64,000 nt of DNA, from contig JASFQK010000027.1 in assembly GCA_050115495.1 (NCBI GenBank), positions 1 to 64,000 of the forward strand, given 5' to 3'. The notes below the pieces were generated by a model. That model was not told the origin of the DNA and made no database searches. It worked only from the letters and a program-made list of their open reading frames with translations. Source of the stretch: Phycisphaerae bacterium. GTDB lineage: Bacteria > Planctomycetota > Phycisphaerae > UBA1845 > Fen-1342. This document shows positions 26,444-34,798 of the stretch, piece by piece. The number at the start of each line of letters is the position of its first letter. The stretch's first letter is position 1. A program made the position numbers and the translations under genes.

Positions 26444-27886
26444 TCAACGCGGGGGCGTGGGTGGTGTTTCCTCAGGTGGCATCAGCAGCATCTGACCCGC
26501 AGTGGGTGGCTCCGATAGCGAACACGAGAGGGTGAACCCGCAGGCGTGCCTGTTGTCCGCCGCGAGGAGGATGACCAGGCCGCCGGTCCCCGCCGACTGT
26601 CGTAGCATCAACGGGGCGAGCAGCGGCGCGGGTCCGGACGTAGCCAGTCGGGCCACGAACAGCGGTCCGGCACAGAGACGCTCGATGTGGCCGACTGTGT
26701 GTGGTGGCGGCGGCGGCGGTTGCACACGCACGATGTCCCCCACCTCAGGCGGCGAAAGCTCCTCGGCGGCGGGGCGTTGGACGATCGAATAGCCGCGCTG
26801 CACACGGACCACCTCGACGGTGCCGGCGGGCATGCCGTCACGCCACAGCGGCACCGTCTGACCGGGCGTCAGTCCGTCGGCCTCGCCGGCGTTGATCAGC
26901 GCTCCTTCACGCGAGGCGGAGAAGACGCGGGCGACGTAGCGGTTCTCCGCGATATCGGCCAGCGTACGCACAACGGCGACGTCGCCGACGGCGAGCGGCG
27001 GGGTCGGCGCGGTCGTGGTGGGGGCCGAAGTGGTCGGCTGCGAAGTCGCCGGGGCGGAGGTGGTCGGCGCTGACGTAGTGGGTTGAGGGGCCGCGGGGGG
27101 CATATCCGGCGCGACCAGCCGCGCGTACCAGAACAGCGCGTCGGTCGCCTCGACGACGCCGTGCCCGACGTAGCGGCCGTTGTGGAAGAAATCGACGTGC
27201 GGCTCGGCGGGGCAGGAGGCGTGCGGCGGGGCAGCCAGCCAGGCGATGAAGGCATCGCCACGCCGCTCGACGAACCCGACGGCCGTTCGCGTGGCGCCGC
27301 GCCGCCGCTCGCCGGGGCCGGGCCACAGCTCGACGCGCCGGCCGTGGTTGAGCTGCACGTTGGCGGCGAGTGGGACGACCGCGCAATAGCAGAGGCTGGG
27401 CTCGACGTGTCGCACATCGAAACGGGCGGCCGGCTGTCCGCCGACCCGCAGCCACCAGTGGTCGTCCGGGCGGATCCCCTGGTCGCTGCCGGCGGCGATC
27501 CACGCTCCCCGGGCGCCGACGCCGATCTCGTCGATCGTCGCTGCCAGCGGGGCCTCGGCCGGCCAGCGGTCGCGGAGGGCGCCCACGGTTTCGGGGGCGA
27601 TCAGCCAGCCGCGCAGCACGCCGGCCCCGGCGGGCAGGGAGCAGGGCGGGCCGGCGAAGATCGCAGCATCGTCCACACGCTCGACGAACTCGAACCAGCC
27701 GACCGGTTCCAGACCCGCCACGACGGCCAGATTCGCCCCGGTGCGGGCCCCGCTCGTTTTGCCGATGATCGTGACTCGGCCGGCCGCAGCGTCAAACCCG
27801 ACGATTTGGGCCGGCGTGATCGGCAGGTCCCCGGGCGTGCTCGCCAACGACATCAGGAGGGTCAGCGTCGTGAACATCCAGTTCAT
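26444..27886 (-). CDS. Secreted hypothetical protein with repeated small beta domains and Thr/Ser/Pro linker
   Basis: Signal peptide MNWMFTTLTLLMSLA; repeated I(A/N)AGxxxG(I/L)xP motif; PTTSAP repeats. Confidence 0.6.
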   Translation of the reverse strand: MNWMFTTLTLLMSLASTPGDLPITPAQIVGFDAAAGRVTIIGKTSGARTGANLAVVAGLEPVGWFEFVERVDDAAIFAGPPCSLPAGAGVLRGWLIAPETVGALRDRWPAEAPLAATIDEIGVGARGAWIAAGSDQGIRPDDHWWLRVGGQPAARFDVRHVEPSLCYCAVVPLAANVQLNHGRRVELWPGPGERRRGATRTAVGFVERRGDAFIAWLAAPPHASCPAEPHVDFFHNGRYVGHGVVEATDALFWYARLVAPDMPPAAPQPTTSAPTTSAPATSQPTTSAPTTTAPTPPLAVGDVAVVRTLADIAENRYVARVFSASREGALINAGEADGLTPGQTVPLWRDGMPAGTVEVVRVQRGYSIVQRPAAEELSPPEVGDIVRVQPPPPPPHTVGHIERLCAGPLFVARLATSGPAPLLAPLMLRQSAGTGGLVILLAADNRHACGFTLSCSLSEPPTAGQMLLMPPEETPPTPPR

Positions 27887-27999
27887 CCCCAATCCGCCGG
27901 CCGGCACACGGCGGGCGTCAGCTCATCATGCTAGACAGGTCTTCGCCGCCCGTCGATTGCCGCCGGCGGCGGGATCGTCACGCCGGCGCGGGCCGGCGC

Positions 28000-28040
28000 A
28001 AAAAAGAAGCGAGGCAGTCGGTTTTGCCGGCTGCCTCGCT
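28000..28040 (-). terminator. Rho-independent terminator
   Basis: 14-bp GC-rich stem (one mismatch) followed by TCTTTTTT on the minus strand. Confidence 0.75.
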
Positions 28041-28042
28041 CC

Positions 28043-28216
28043 CGGGTCGTGGGAGGAGGGGAGAAACGTTTGGGAGAAGCTTTCACCTGTCAGTACGGAG
28101 CAGCCGCGGGGAGGTTCGCGCGGCGGACAGGAATCTGTGGCGGTTGGCCCCGGAACCGCTCACGAGGCCATTTGCGGCTTCGACGATCGGCTTCTCCTGT
28201 TGCCACCTGCGACCCG
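28043..28216 (-). ncRNA. Candidate structured small RNA or leader
   Basis: Closing stem CGGGTCG/CGACCCG, inner stem GGAGAAGC/GCTTCTCC, upstream GATAAT -10-like box, terminator directly downstream. Confidence 0.45.
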
Positions 28217-28481
28217 CGTCGATTATCATGGGTCCTTATAATCATCAATAGGCAGGCGGACATCGTGGACGGCGCAGAGGGCATGACGGAACAGCGGGAT
28301 AGACGTAAGTCTTTTCCTTGAAATGACATGTGGCGATGGGCACGCAGGAGGGCTTTCGCTGGAGCGGCCCGGCGGATTGCCAATACGTATAATTCTCAGG
28401 AGCACAGCGGCGCTCACCATCCCGTCGTCGAGCCGTCCGTAGCAGCGGGGCGGGAGGGACAGAAGCTCAGGAGACACGAAC

Positions 28482-29687
28482 ATGGTTATGCGGACGACGA
28501 CAGCTTTGCTGGTGTTGGCGTTACTGGGCGGCGGGGTGGGACTGGCCCAGCAGGGCGGCGACACCATCCTCGACGCCACGCTGATCGGGACCCTGCCATT
28601 CCATACGGGCGGCGTGACCATCGGCTTCCTCAATGACTACGACGAGGTCTGCCCCTATGGCGGCTCGACCGCGCCGGACGTCGTGTACGTGTACGTGGCC
28701 CCGCGGGACATGACGGTACGCATCACGCTCTGCGACGGCACCAACTACGACTCGAAGCTCTACGTGTACGAGGGCGGCTACATGCCGGGTGCTCCCCTCG
28801 CGTGCAGCGACGACTTCTGCGACGTTGCCTCCGAGCTGAGCGAGGTAGCGCTGACGGCGGACACAGCCTATTACATCGTCGTGGACGGGTACGGCAGCTC
28901 CTCGGGGACCTACGTGCTGGACATGGTCGAGCTGGAGCCGGCGGAGTGCACGGACGACGCCGTGGTCAGCCAGCCGCTGGTGGCGCCGGACGCGGCGGTG
29001 AGCTCGGACGCAGAGGTGGGGCAGTATCTCGCCGACAACTTCACGCTGGCCGAGGACGCCACGGTGTGCGCCGTGCGCTTGTGGGGCGTGGAGGCTTTCC
29101 TGAACGGAACCGTGTGGGAGGAATGCGAAGAGCCCAACCCGGCGTTCGACGTGCACATCTACGGCGCCGGTGCCCAGATGCCGAACTACAACACGGTGAT
29201 CTACGCGGCGCTGGACGTGCCGGCGGCGAAGGTCGAGACGCCCGCAGGTTACCTGGGCGATCCGATCTACCGCTATGACGTGGAGCTCCCCGACTGCTGT
29301 GAGCTCCAGGCCGATACGGAGTACTGGATTGAAGTCGTCGGCCGCGGCCCGGAATCACCCTGCTGGTTCCTCTGGCTGAACGAGACGGCGGCCGACGTGG
29401 GCGACAACCGGTCGTACTGGCGTGGGGCGATCCCGCCGACGAAGCTTTTCGACCTGGCGATCTGCCTCGGCACGGGGGTGAGCTGCCCGCTGGTGGGTGA
29501 CGTCAGCGGCGACGGCATCGTGAACAACTTCGACATCGGCCCGTTCGTATACGCTATCACGCATACCGAGGCGGAGTTTGCAGTGCGGTTCCCCGACGGG
29601 CACTACTGGTGTGCGAACGTGAACGGCGACGACATCGTGAACAACTTCGATATCAAGCCGTTTGTGAGCCTGTTGGTCGAGCCGTAG
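28482..29687 (+). CDS. Secreted protein with C-terminal dockerin-like EF-hand pair
   Basis: Signal peptide; PPC-like region (DVVY, YDSKLYVY, YYIVVDGY); GDVSGDGIVNNFDI and ANVNGDDIVNNFDI; RBS AGGAG. Confidence 0.8.
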   Translation: MVMRTTTALLVLALLGGGVGLAQQGGDTILDATLIGTLPFHTGGVTIGFLNDYDEVCPYGGSTAPDVVYVYVAPRDMTVRITLCDGTNYDSKLYVYEGGYMPGAPLACSDDFCDVASELSEVALTADTAYYIVVDGYGSSSGTYVLDMVELEPAECTDDAVVSQPLVAPDAAVSSDAEVGQYLADNFTLAEDATVCAVRLWGVEAFLNGTVWEECEEPNPAFDVHIYGAGAQMPNYNTVIYAALDVPAAKVETPAGYLGDPIYRYDVELPDCCELQADTEYWIEVVGRGPESPCWFLWLNETAADVGDNRSYWRGAIPPTKLFDLAICLGTGVSCPLVGDVSGDGIVNNFDIGPFVYAITHTEAEFAVRFPDGHYWCANVNGDDIVNNFDIKPFVSLLVEP

Positions 29688-30690
29688 CCGCCTCGCGGTT
29701 CGTCGCCGGCGTCGGGCGGGCCACGTTCTCCCACACGGCGGCGAGCACACCCCGGCGGAACGCCAGCCGCTTCAGCGGCAGGTGGGCCAGGTACAGGGCC
29801 TGGATCATCTCATTCTGCACGGCGGGGTCGGTACTTAGCTCGTCCGGCCGGCGGGCGATGATGGCGTCGAGCGTCTGCCGGATCTGCGGCTCGCGCCGGC
29901 TCTCGTGCGTCACGAACTGGTGGCAGTAATCGACCTCGTCCTGGTCGAGGGGGGTGCCGTAGATGGCCTGGTAGCACGCCGGATTGCACCGCCATAGCAG
30001 CACGGCCATGCGGCCCAGCGCGTGCTCGCGGTCGAGGTACTGCTCGAACGTGTAGCGGTGGTGGTGCGTGGCCCGCGGGGCGGGGGTGTACCAGACGCGC
30101 AGATCCTCGCCGTGTTGCAGGCGGAACGCCCACTCGAGATCGTCGAAGTTGACCGGCTTGAGATTCTCGTCGAACTGCACGCGTTCGGTGAAGTGCCGCG
30201 GCAGGGAGAGGTTCAGCGTCCAGGCGTGGCGGAAGTCGTACCACGACTCCGGGCGCATCTGGTCATAGAAGAAGATCATCGACGTGGTCTGAATCATGCG
30301 GTCGAAGACGGTTTCGTTGGCGTAACGCTGCCAGTCGGTCCGGCCGAGCACCATGGCCGGCCGTCCGAGCTGGGCGTGAGCGGCGAGGTGGGCAGCGATC
30401 AAGCCCGGTTCGGCGACGACATCATCGTTCAGCAGCAACAGCCATTCGCCGCGAGCCCGGGCGAAGCCGGCGTTGCGGGCCGCGCCCACGTTGCCGGCGG
30501 CGCTGCGGATTACGGTTAGCTCGAACGGCCACTCGGCGGGCGACCAGGACGGCCCCGGCTCCGGTCCGTTGTAAACGACGACGACTTCGAGCTGGCTCAG
30601 GTCGAACTGCTGCGCGGCCAGGGCCCACAGACCGGGTTCGAGCACGGCCGCCGGACGATTCGTTGGGATGACGACGGATACCTGTGGCAC
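29653..30690 (-). CDS. Glycosyltransferase family 2
   Basis: VSVVIPT, ARNAG, LLLNDD, FDDLEW; GTG start with AGGAGG RBS. Confidence 0.85.
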   Translation of the reverse strand: MPQVSVVIPTNRPAAVLEPGLWALAAQQFDLSQLEVVVVYNGPEPGPSWSPAEWPFELTVIRSAAGNVGAARNAGFARARGEWLLLLNDDVVAEPGLIAAHLAAHAQLGRPAMVLGRTDWQRYANETVFDRMIQTTSMIFFYDQMRPESWYDFRHAWTLNLSLPRHFTERVQFDENLKPVNFDDLEWAFRLQHGEDLRVWYTPAPRATHHHRYTFEQYLDREHALGRMAVLLWRCNPACYQAIYGTPLDQDEVDYCHQFVTHESRREPQIRQTLDAIIARRPDELSTDPAVQNEMIQALYLAHLPLKRLAFRRGVLAAVWENVARPTPATNREAATARPTGSQTA

Positions 30691-30745
30691 GGCATCCTCC
30701 TGACACGGCCCGGGCGAGAGGGGGCGTGGAGTGCCCGTGCAGATT

Positions 30746-33193
30746 TTATCGGCTGCTCGCGACGGTTTCCTGAACTGGGCGAGACGCCGGTGGTGTCGGC
30801 TGTTGGGGCTCGTCTGCGCCAAGCCTCTCGGTCAGCCAGGCCAGCACGCGTCGAACGAGGGCCCCGTAGCCGAATGTCGCCAGGGCCTGCTCACGCATGT
30901 CGGCGGCGATAGCGGCCCGGGCCGCATCGTCGCTCAGGAACTGGGTCAGCCGCTCGCGGAATTCGTCCCGGGTGGCGAAGGTGATCCGGTCCAGCTCGGG
31001 CCAGATCTCGCCGGCGGTGGGGGTGGTCCACTGGTCGTCGTGCGCCCATCTGACGATGTCGGGCGTGATCCTGACCGGCTCCGTCGGGTCGACCGAGCGC
31101 ATGTTCAGGATCGCCGTCCACTGGCTGGCCAGCGGCGGTGGCAGTTCCTGGGGGTCGAACAAGTCGCCCGGTTGCAGATCGCGCTCGTAGACGGCGGCCC
31201 GCAGGGCACTCTTGATCGCGAAGTCGAGGTCGTCGGCGTGGCGGCGGACCAGGAAGAACCCGCCGGCGGCGAGACCGTCGAGCACGCGCTGGTGGAGTGC
31301 CGTGTTGCAGCCGGAGTGCAGGTTGACCTTCGCGCTGCGGAAGGCGGCGCCAAGCTCCGGTCCGTGTGGGAGGTAGCCGCGGGCATAGCGGGCATAGCGC
31401 GGGTGTGCGTCCCAGCCGTTGCCGTACAGGTGGAAACGGTGCCCGGTTTCCTCCGCCCACTCTGCCGTCCATTCGATCGTTTGCAGCCGGAGCAGGCGGT
31501 CGATGAGTGGGCGAACGAACACGCCCATGACCTCGGTGGCTGTGGCCAGCGGCAGGTCCACGCCCAAGGCTTGCGCCCGCCGGTTGATGTAGCGCTCGCC
31601 GGCGAAGCCACCGTTGAGCTGGTTCCGTGCCGCGCAGGCGCAGAGGTCCTCATACACAACATCCACCAGCCTGCGCACGATCTCGTGCTGCCGCTTGCGG
31701 AAATCGGCGTGGAACTGGTCCGGTGCGGTGAAGCAGTTCGTGGCGTAGGCCGCGTCGCAGCCGAGGCGCTCCGCGGCCGCGCGTTCCGTCTCGTCGTCGA
31801 CCGGGCGCAGCGCCGCCGGGCGTGTGGCCATCTCGCTGGCCAGGAAACGGTCCGCCGCATAGCCGTAGTCGCGAACCAGCTCGTCGCGGCAGAAACCGAT
31901 GCAGAAATCGAGCGGCCCGAGGTTCTCGCCAGTCTCGCTGGAAAACAGCCAGGGCAATCGATCCTGGACCCACGTGACAATCGGCAGGTTGTCGAGGTGA
32001 GTCAGCTTCTGGTTGTAGCGCGTGTGGTCGATGAGCAACAACAGATCCGGCTCGAATTCTCGAACCGTCTCGAGCCTCTGCCGCGGCGAGATGCGCGAGT
32101 GGTCGTCGGGTTCGATGAGCATTCGCGTCTGCCAGCCGGCCTCGGCAAAGCCCGCCAGCGCGTCGCGTGCTGAGTATTGCAGCACCGTCGTGAATCGGGA
32201 GGTCATGCCCAGCACGCGCAGTGGCGGACCTTCCCCGGCCAATGCCGCAGTGAAACGTCGGTGCCACCACTGACCATCCCGGCCTTCGTACAGCGTGCGG
32301 ACCTCGTTCTCCAGGCCGGCTTGCCGAACCGCGTCCCGCTCGGCGAAGGCCGTCATGACTTCCCGGGCGCGGCCGGTGGTGTGCGGGTCCCACGGCGTCG
32401 CCGCGACAACGGTCACCGGTGGGAAGTTCCAGCGGTCCGCGTCCAGCCACTGGGCGAGTTGGTCGTACGCTTGCGGACCGGCGCACAAACGCACGCGCGG
32501 GTCGGCGATCAGCTCGCGCCAGTCGTGCAGGTGCATGGCGACCGCCAGAGCCGGCAGCGAGGCCTCCACCTGGTAGATCAAGGCGGTGGCTCCGAGCATC
32601 GTGTCCGCGGTCGCCGCATGTAGCCAGGGCAGGTGATAGCCGAGCCCCACGCCGTCGATGACAAACGGCACGAGGATCTTGCCGCGGAACTGGGCGGCGA
32701 ACTCGTCGGCCGGCGGCAAAGGCCGGTGGTCGCCGAAGCAAGGCCGCCAGCCTCCCGCCGCGTTCTCTCGCGAATCGTATACCTGCCATACTGCGTCGCG
32801 GGTGACGTGCAGTTCGAGGTGTGGCCGGGCCTCCTGCCAGGCTTCGGCGAGGCGGTCGGCCCAGTCGTATCGGCGACGCAGAACGTCCAGATTGGCGGCG
32901 AACTGGCCGGCGAAGCGGTGCCAGGCGACCTGGCCGCCGGGTGTGCCCGTCTCCAGCACGCGGCGGAGCTGGGCGAAATCCGGGGCATCGCGGACCGCCG
33001 GCGAGAGGCCCTCGGCGAGGGCGGCGGCTCGGCGGAGCAGGCCACGCTCGGCCAGGCACTGGACGGCCAGCAGGCACAGTTCATCGTGCTGCACGCCTTG
33101 GGCCAGTGCGGTCGAGGCAAGCTGGATGAACTGTGTCTGGTTTCCCGTGCGGCCCATGGCCAACAGCGAATCGATTGTAAAAGTCTGTGGCAT
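30746..33193 (-). CDS. CgeB-like glycosyltransferase with Maf-like N-terminal region
   Basis: FAANLDVL...DGVGLGYHL in the N-terminal part; WVQDR, LYGNGW, VNLH...HQRVLDGLAAGGFFL in the C-terminal part; ATG 33193 chosen because the longer ORF overlaps a plus-strand GT2. Confidence 0.65.
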   Translation of the reverse strand: MPQTFTIDSLLAMGRTGNQTQFIQLASTALAQGVQHDELCLLAVQCLAERGLLRRAAALAEGLSPAVRDAPDFAQLRRVLETGTPGGQVAWHRFAGQFAANLDVLRRRYDWADRLAEAWQEARPHLELHVTRDAVWQVYDSRENAAGGWRPCFGDHRPLPPADEFAAQFRGKILVPFVIDGVGLGYHLPWLHAATADTMLGATALIYQVEASLPALAVAMHLHDWRELIADPRVRLCAGPQAYDQLAQWLDADRWNFPPVTVVAATPWDPHTTGRAREVMTAFAERDAVRQAGLENEVRTLYEGRDGQWWHRRFTAALAGEGPPLRVLGMTSRFTTVLQYSARDALAGFAEAGWQTRMLIEPDDHSRISPRQRLETVREFEPDLLLLIDHTRYNQKLTHLDNLPIVTWVQDRLPWLFSSETGENLGPLDFCIGFCRDELVRDYGYAADRFLASEMATRPAALRPVDDETERAAAERLGCDAAYATNCFTAPDQFHADFRKRQHEIVRRLVDVVYEDLCACAARNQLNGGFAGERYINRRAQALGVDLPLATATEVMGVFVRPLIDRLLRLQTIEWTAEWAEETGHRFHLYGNGWDAHPRYARYARGYLPHGPELGAAFRSAKVNLHSGCNTALHQRVLDGLAAGGFFLVRRHADDLDFAIKSALRAAVYERDLQPGDLFDPQELPPPLASQWTAILNMRSVDPTEPVRITPDIVRWAHDDQWTTPTAGEIWPELDRITFATRDEFRERLTQFLSDDAARAAIAADMREQALATFGYGALVRRVLAWLTERLGADEPQQPTPPASRPVQETVASSR

Positions 33194-33316
33194 AGCGAGC
33201 ACGCTCAACGGGGTCCGTCCCCGCGGACGTATCGACGGACAAGGGGACTCGTCTAAAGGCAACGGCGGCGGAAGTGCCGATAACACGGAAAGGCAGACAT
33301 TGTTTGCGCGTGGTCG

Positions 33317-34783
33317 ATGGCACGAGGCTGGAGCCGACGCTTGGGTCAGCCCTTGGCACGGCACAACTCGGATGGATGCGGGCTGCGCCGCCGGCCGCAG
33401 GACGCCGGGCGGCCCGACGTCTCGATCATCATTCCCTGCTACAACGCGGCGACGACCGTTGTCGAGACGCTGGCCAGCGTACAGGCTCAGACGCACGAGA
33501 ACTGGCAGGCCGTGTGCGTTGATGATGAGTCGACCGATCGCACGCCCGAACTGCTCCATGCCGTGAGCGGTGAAGACGCTCGCATCTGCCCGCTGCGCGT
33601 TCCGCACGGCGGGCTGGCGTCGGCGCGCAATCGCGGGCTGACGGCGGCCATCGCCGAACGCGTGCTGTTCCTCGATGCGGACGACGTACTGCGGCCCGAT
33701 GCCCTGGCGACACTGCTGCGGGCGGCGTCGCAACTGGACGAGCACACGGTTATCAGCGGCGGGTTCGAACTGCTCACGGAGCAGGGACGGCCACTGCCGG
33801 CGTGCGTGTTTCGACCGCTGCCGGACAACTCGTTCGACGCGTTTCTGCGGGGCAACCGGATCAGCGTGGTGGCGCTCGTGCCGCGCGTGCTGCTCGGCCC
33901 GCGGGCGTTCGACGAGAGCCTGCCGGCGTGCGAGGACTGGGACTTGTGGCTGCGACTGTGCGACGCGGGTGTGTCCATCGCCAGCGTGCCCCGCGTGTTG
34001 TTTGGCTATCGCCTGCGTGGCGGGAGTCTGAGCGGTCGGGCCGACCTGATGCACGCCGCCGGCCGGCGTGTGCTCGATCGGTGGCTGCCGCGGGCCCGTC
34101 GCCATACGCAGGTGCGCGACGTACGGCATCTGTGGGCGGCGCAATGCGGGGCGCAGGCCCTGGCCGCCGGCCAGCCCGAGGCGATTGGGGACTACTTCGC
34201 TGACCTGGAGCCGCTGGTACCGACGGACGGTTTCGCGGCGGTCGTGGCACACGGCATTCACGCTGCGTATCGAGCGATTCACGGAGCGAGCGGGGCGTTG
34301 TGGCGGGATCACGCCGACCGCTGGCTGGCGGAGATCGACGCGTGGCTGCCCGCCGGTCCGTTGGCGGCTTGCGCTGACGCGATCGCTGCGCACCTGGCGG
34401 CGGCGGTGGTCGACACGGATGGGCGGCTGGACGTGTTGCGTGCGTTGCTCGAACGTCGGCCGGACGCGCAGCGGCTTGTTGTCTACGGGCTCGGTCAGAA
34501 TGGCCTGCTATTGCTGGAGCGGCTGCGCGACCAGAGTTGGCTGCGCTCGCGTGAGTTGCAGGTTGCCGACGATTACGCGGATGCACTGACGGTTGATCTG
34601 ATCGGGCGGCCGCGCGTGTGGCCGAGCCGCTGGACGGAGTGGCCGGCGGAGACCGTGGCGGTCATCACGCCGGATGTGCCGGCGCCGCAGCGGGCGGTGC
34701 TGATCGGGGCAGGGGGCCGGGAAGGAACGGATTTCGTTGTGCTGGCGGGTGACGGTGTGGTCGCTGCGTCGGCGTCGAGTTAG
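33317..34783 (+). CDS. Glycosyltransferase family 2 with C-terminal Rossmann-like domain
   Basis: VSIIIPCYN, VDDESTD, LFLDADD, CEDWDLW; LVVYGLGQNG; start uncertain. Confidence 0.85.
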   Translation: MARGWSRRLGQPLARHNSDGCGLRRRPQDAGRPDVSIIIPCYNAATTVVETLASVQAQTHENWQAVCVDDESTDRTPELLHAVSGEDARICPLRVPHGGLASARNRGLTAAIAERVLFLDADDVLRPDALATLLRAASQLDEHTVISGGFELLTEQGRPLPACVFRPLPDNSFDAFLRGNRISVVALVPRVLLGPRAFDESLPACEDWDLWLRLCDAGVSIASVPRVLFGYRLRGGSLSGRADLMHAAGRRVLDRWLPRARRHTQVRDVRHLWAAQCGAQALAAGQPEAIGDYFADLEPLVPTDGFAAVVAHGIHAAYRAIHGASGALWRDHADRWLAEIDAWLPAGPLAACADAIAAHLAAAVVDTDGRLDVLRALLERRPDAQRLVVYGLGQNGLLLLERLRDQSWLRSRELQVADDYADALTVDLIGRPRVWPSRWTEWPAETVAVITPDVPAPQRAVLIGAGGREGTDFVVLAGDGVVAASASS

Positions 34784-34798
34784 TGGAGAGGGGTGCTG

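Noticed and set aside
28330..28395. Possible c-di-GMP-I riboswitch upstream of the dockerin-like gene
   Set aside because: Lacks the GCAAA/GNRA/GACGCAAAG core.
33194..34393. N-terminal 400 aa of the 1215-aa minus-strand ORF
   Set aside because: Most of it is antisense to a clear GT2 on the plus strand; protein-like sequence starts at about ATG 33193.
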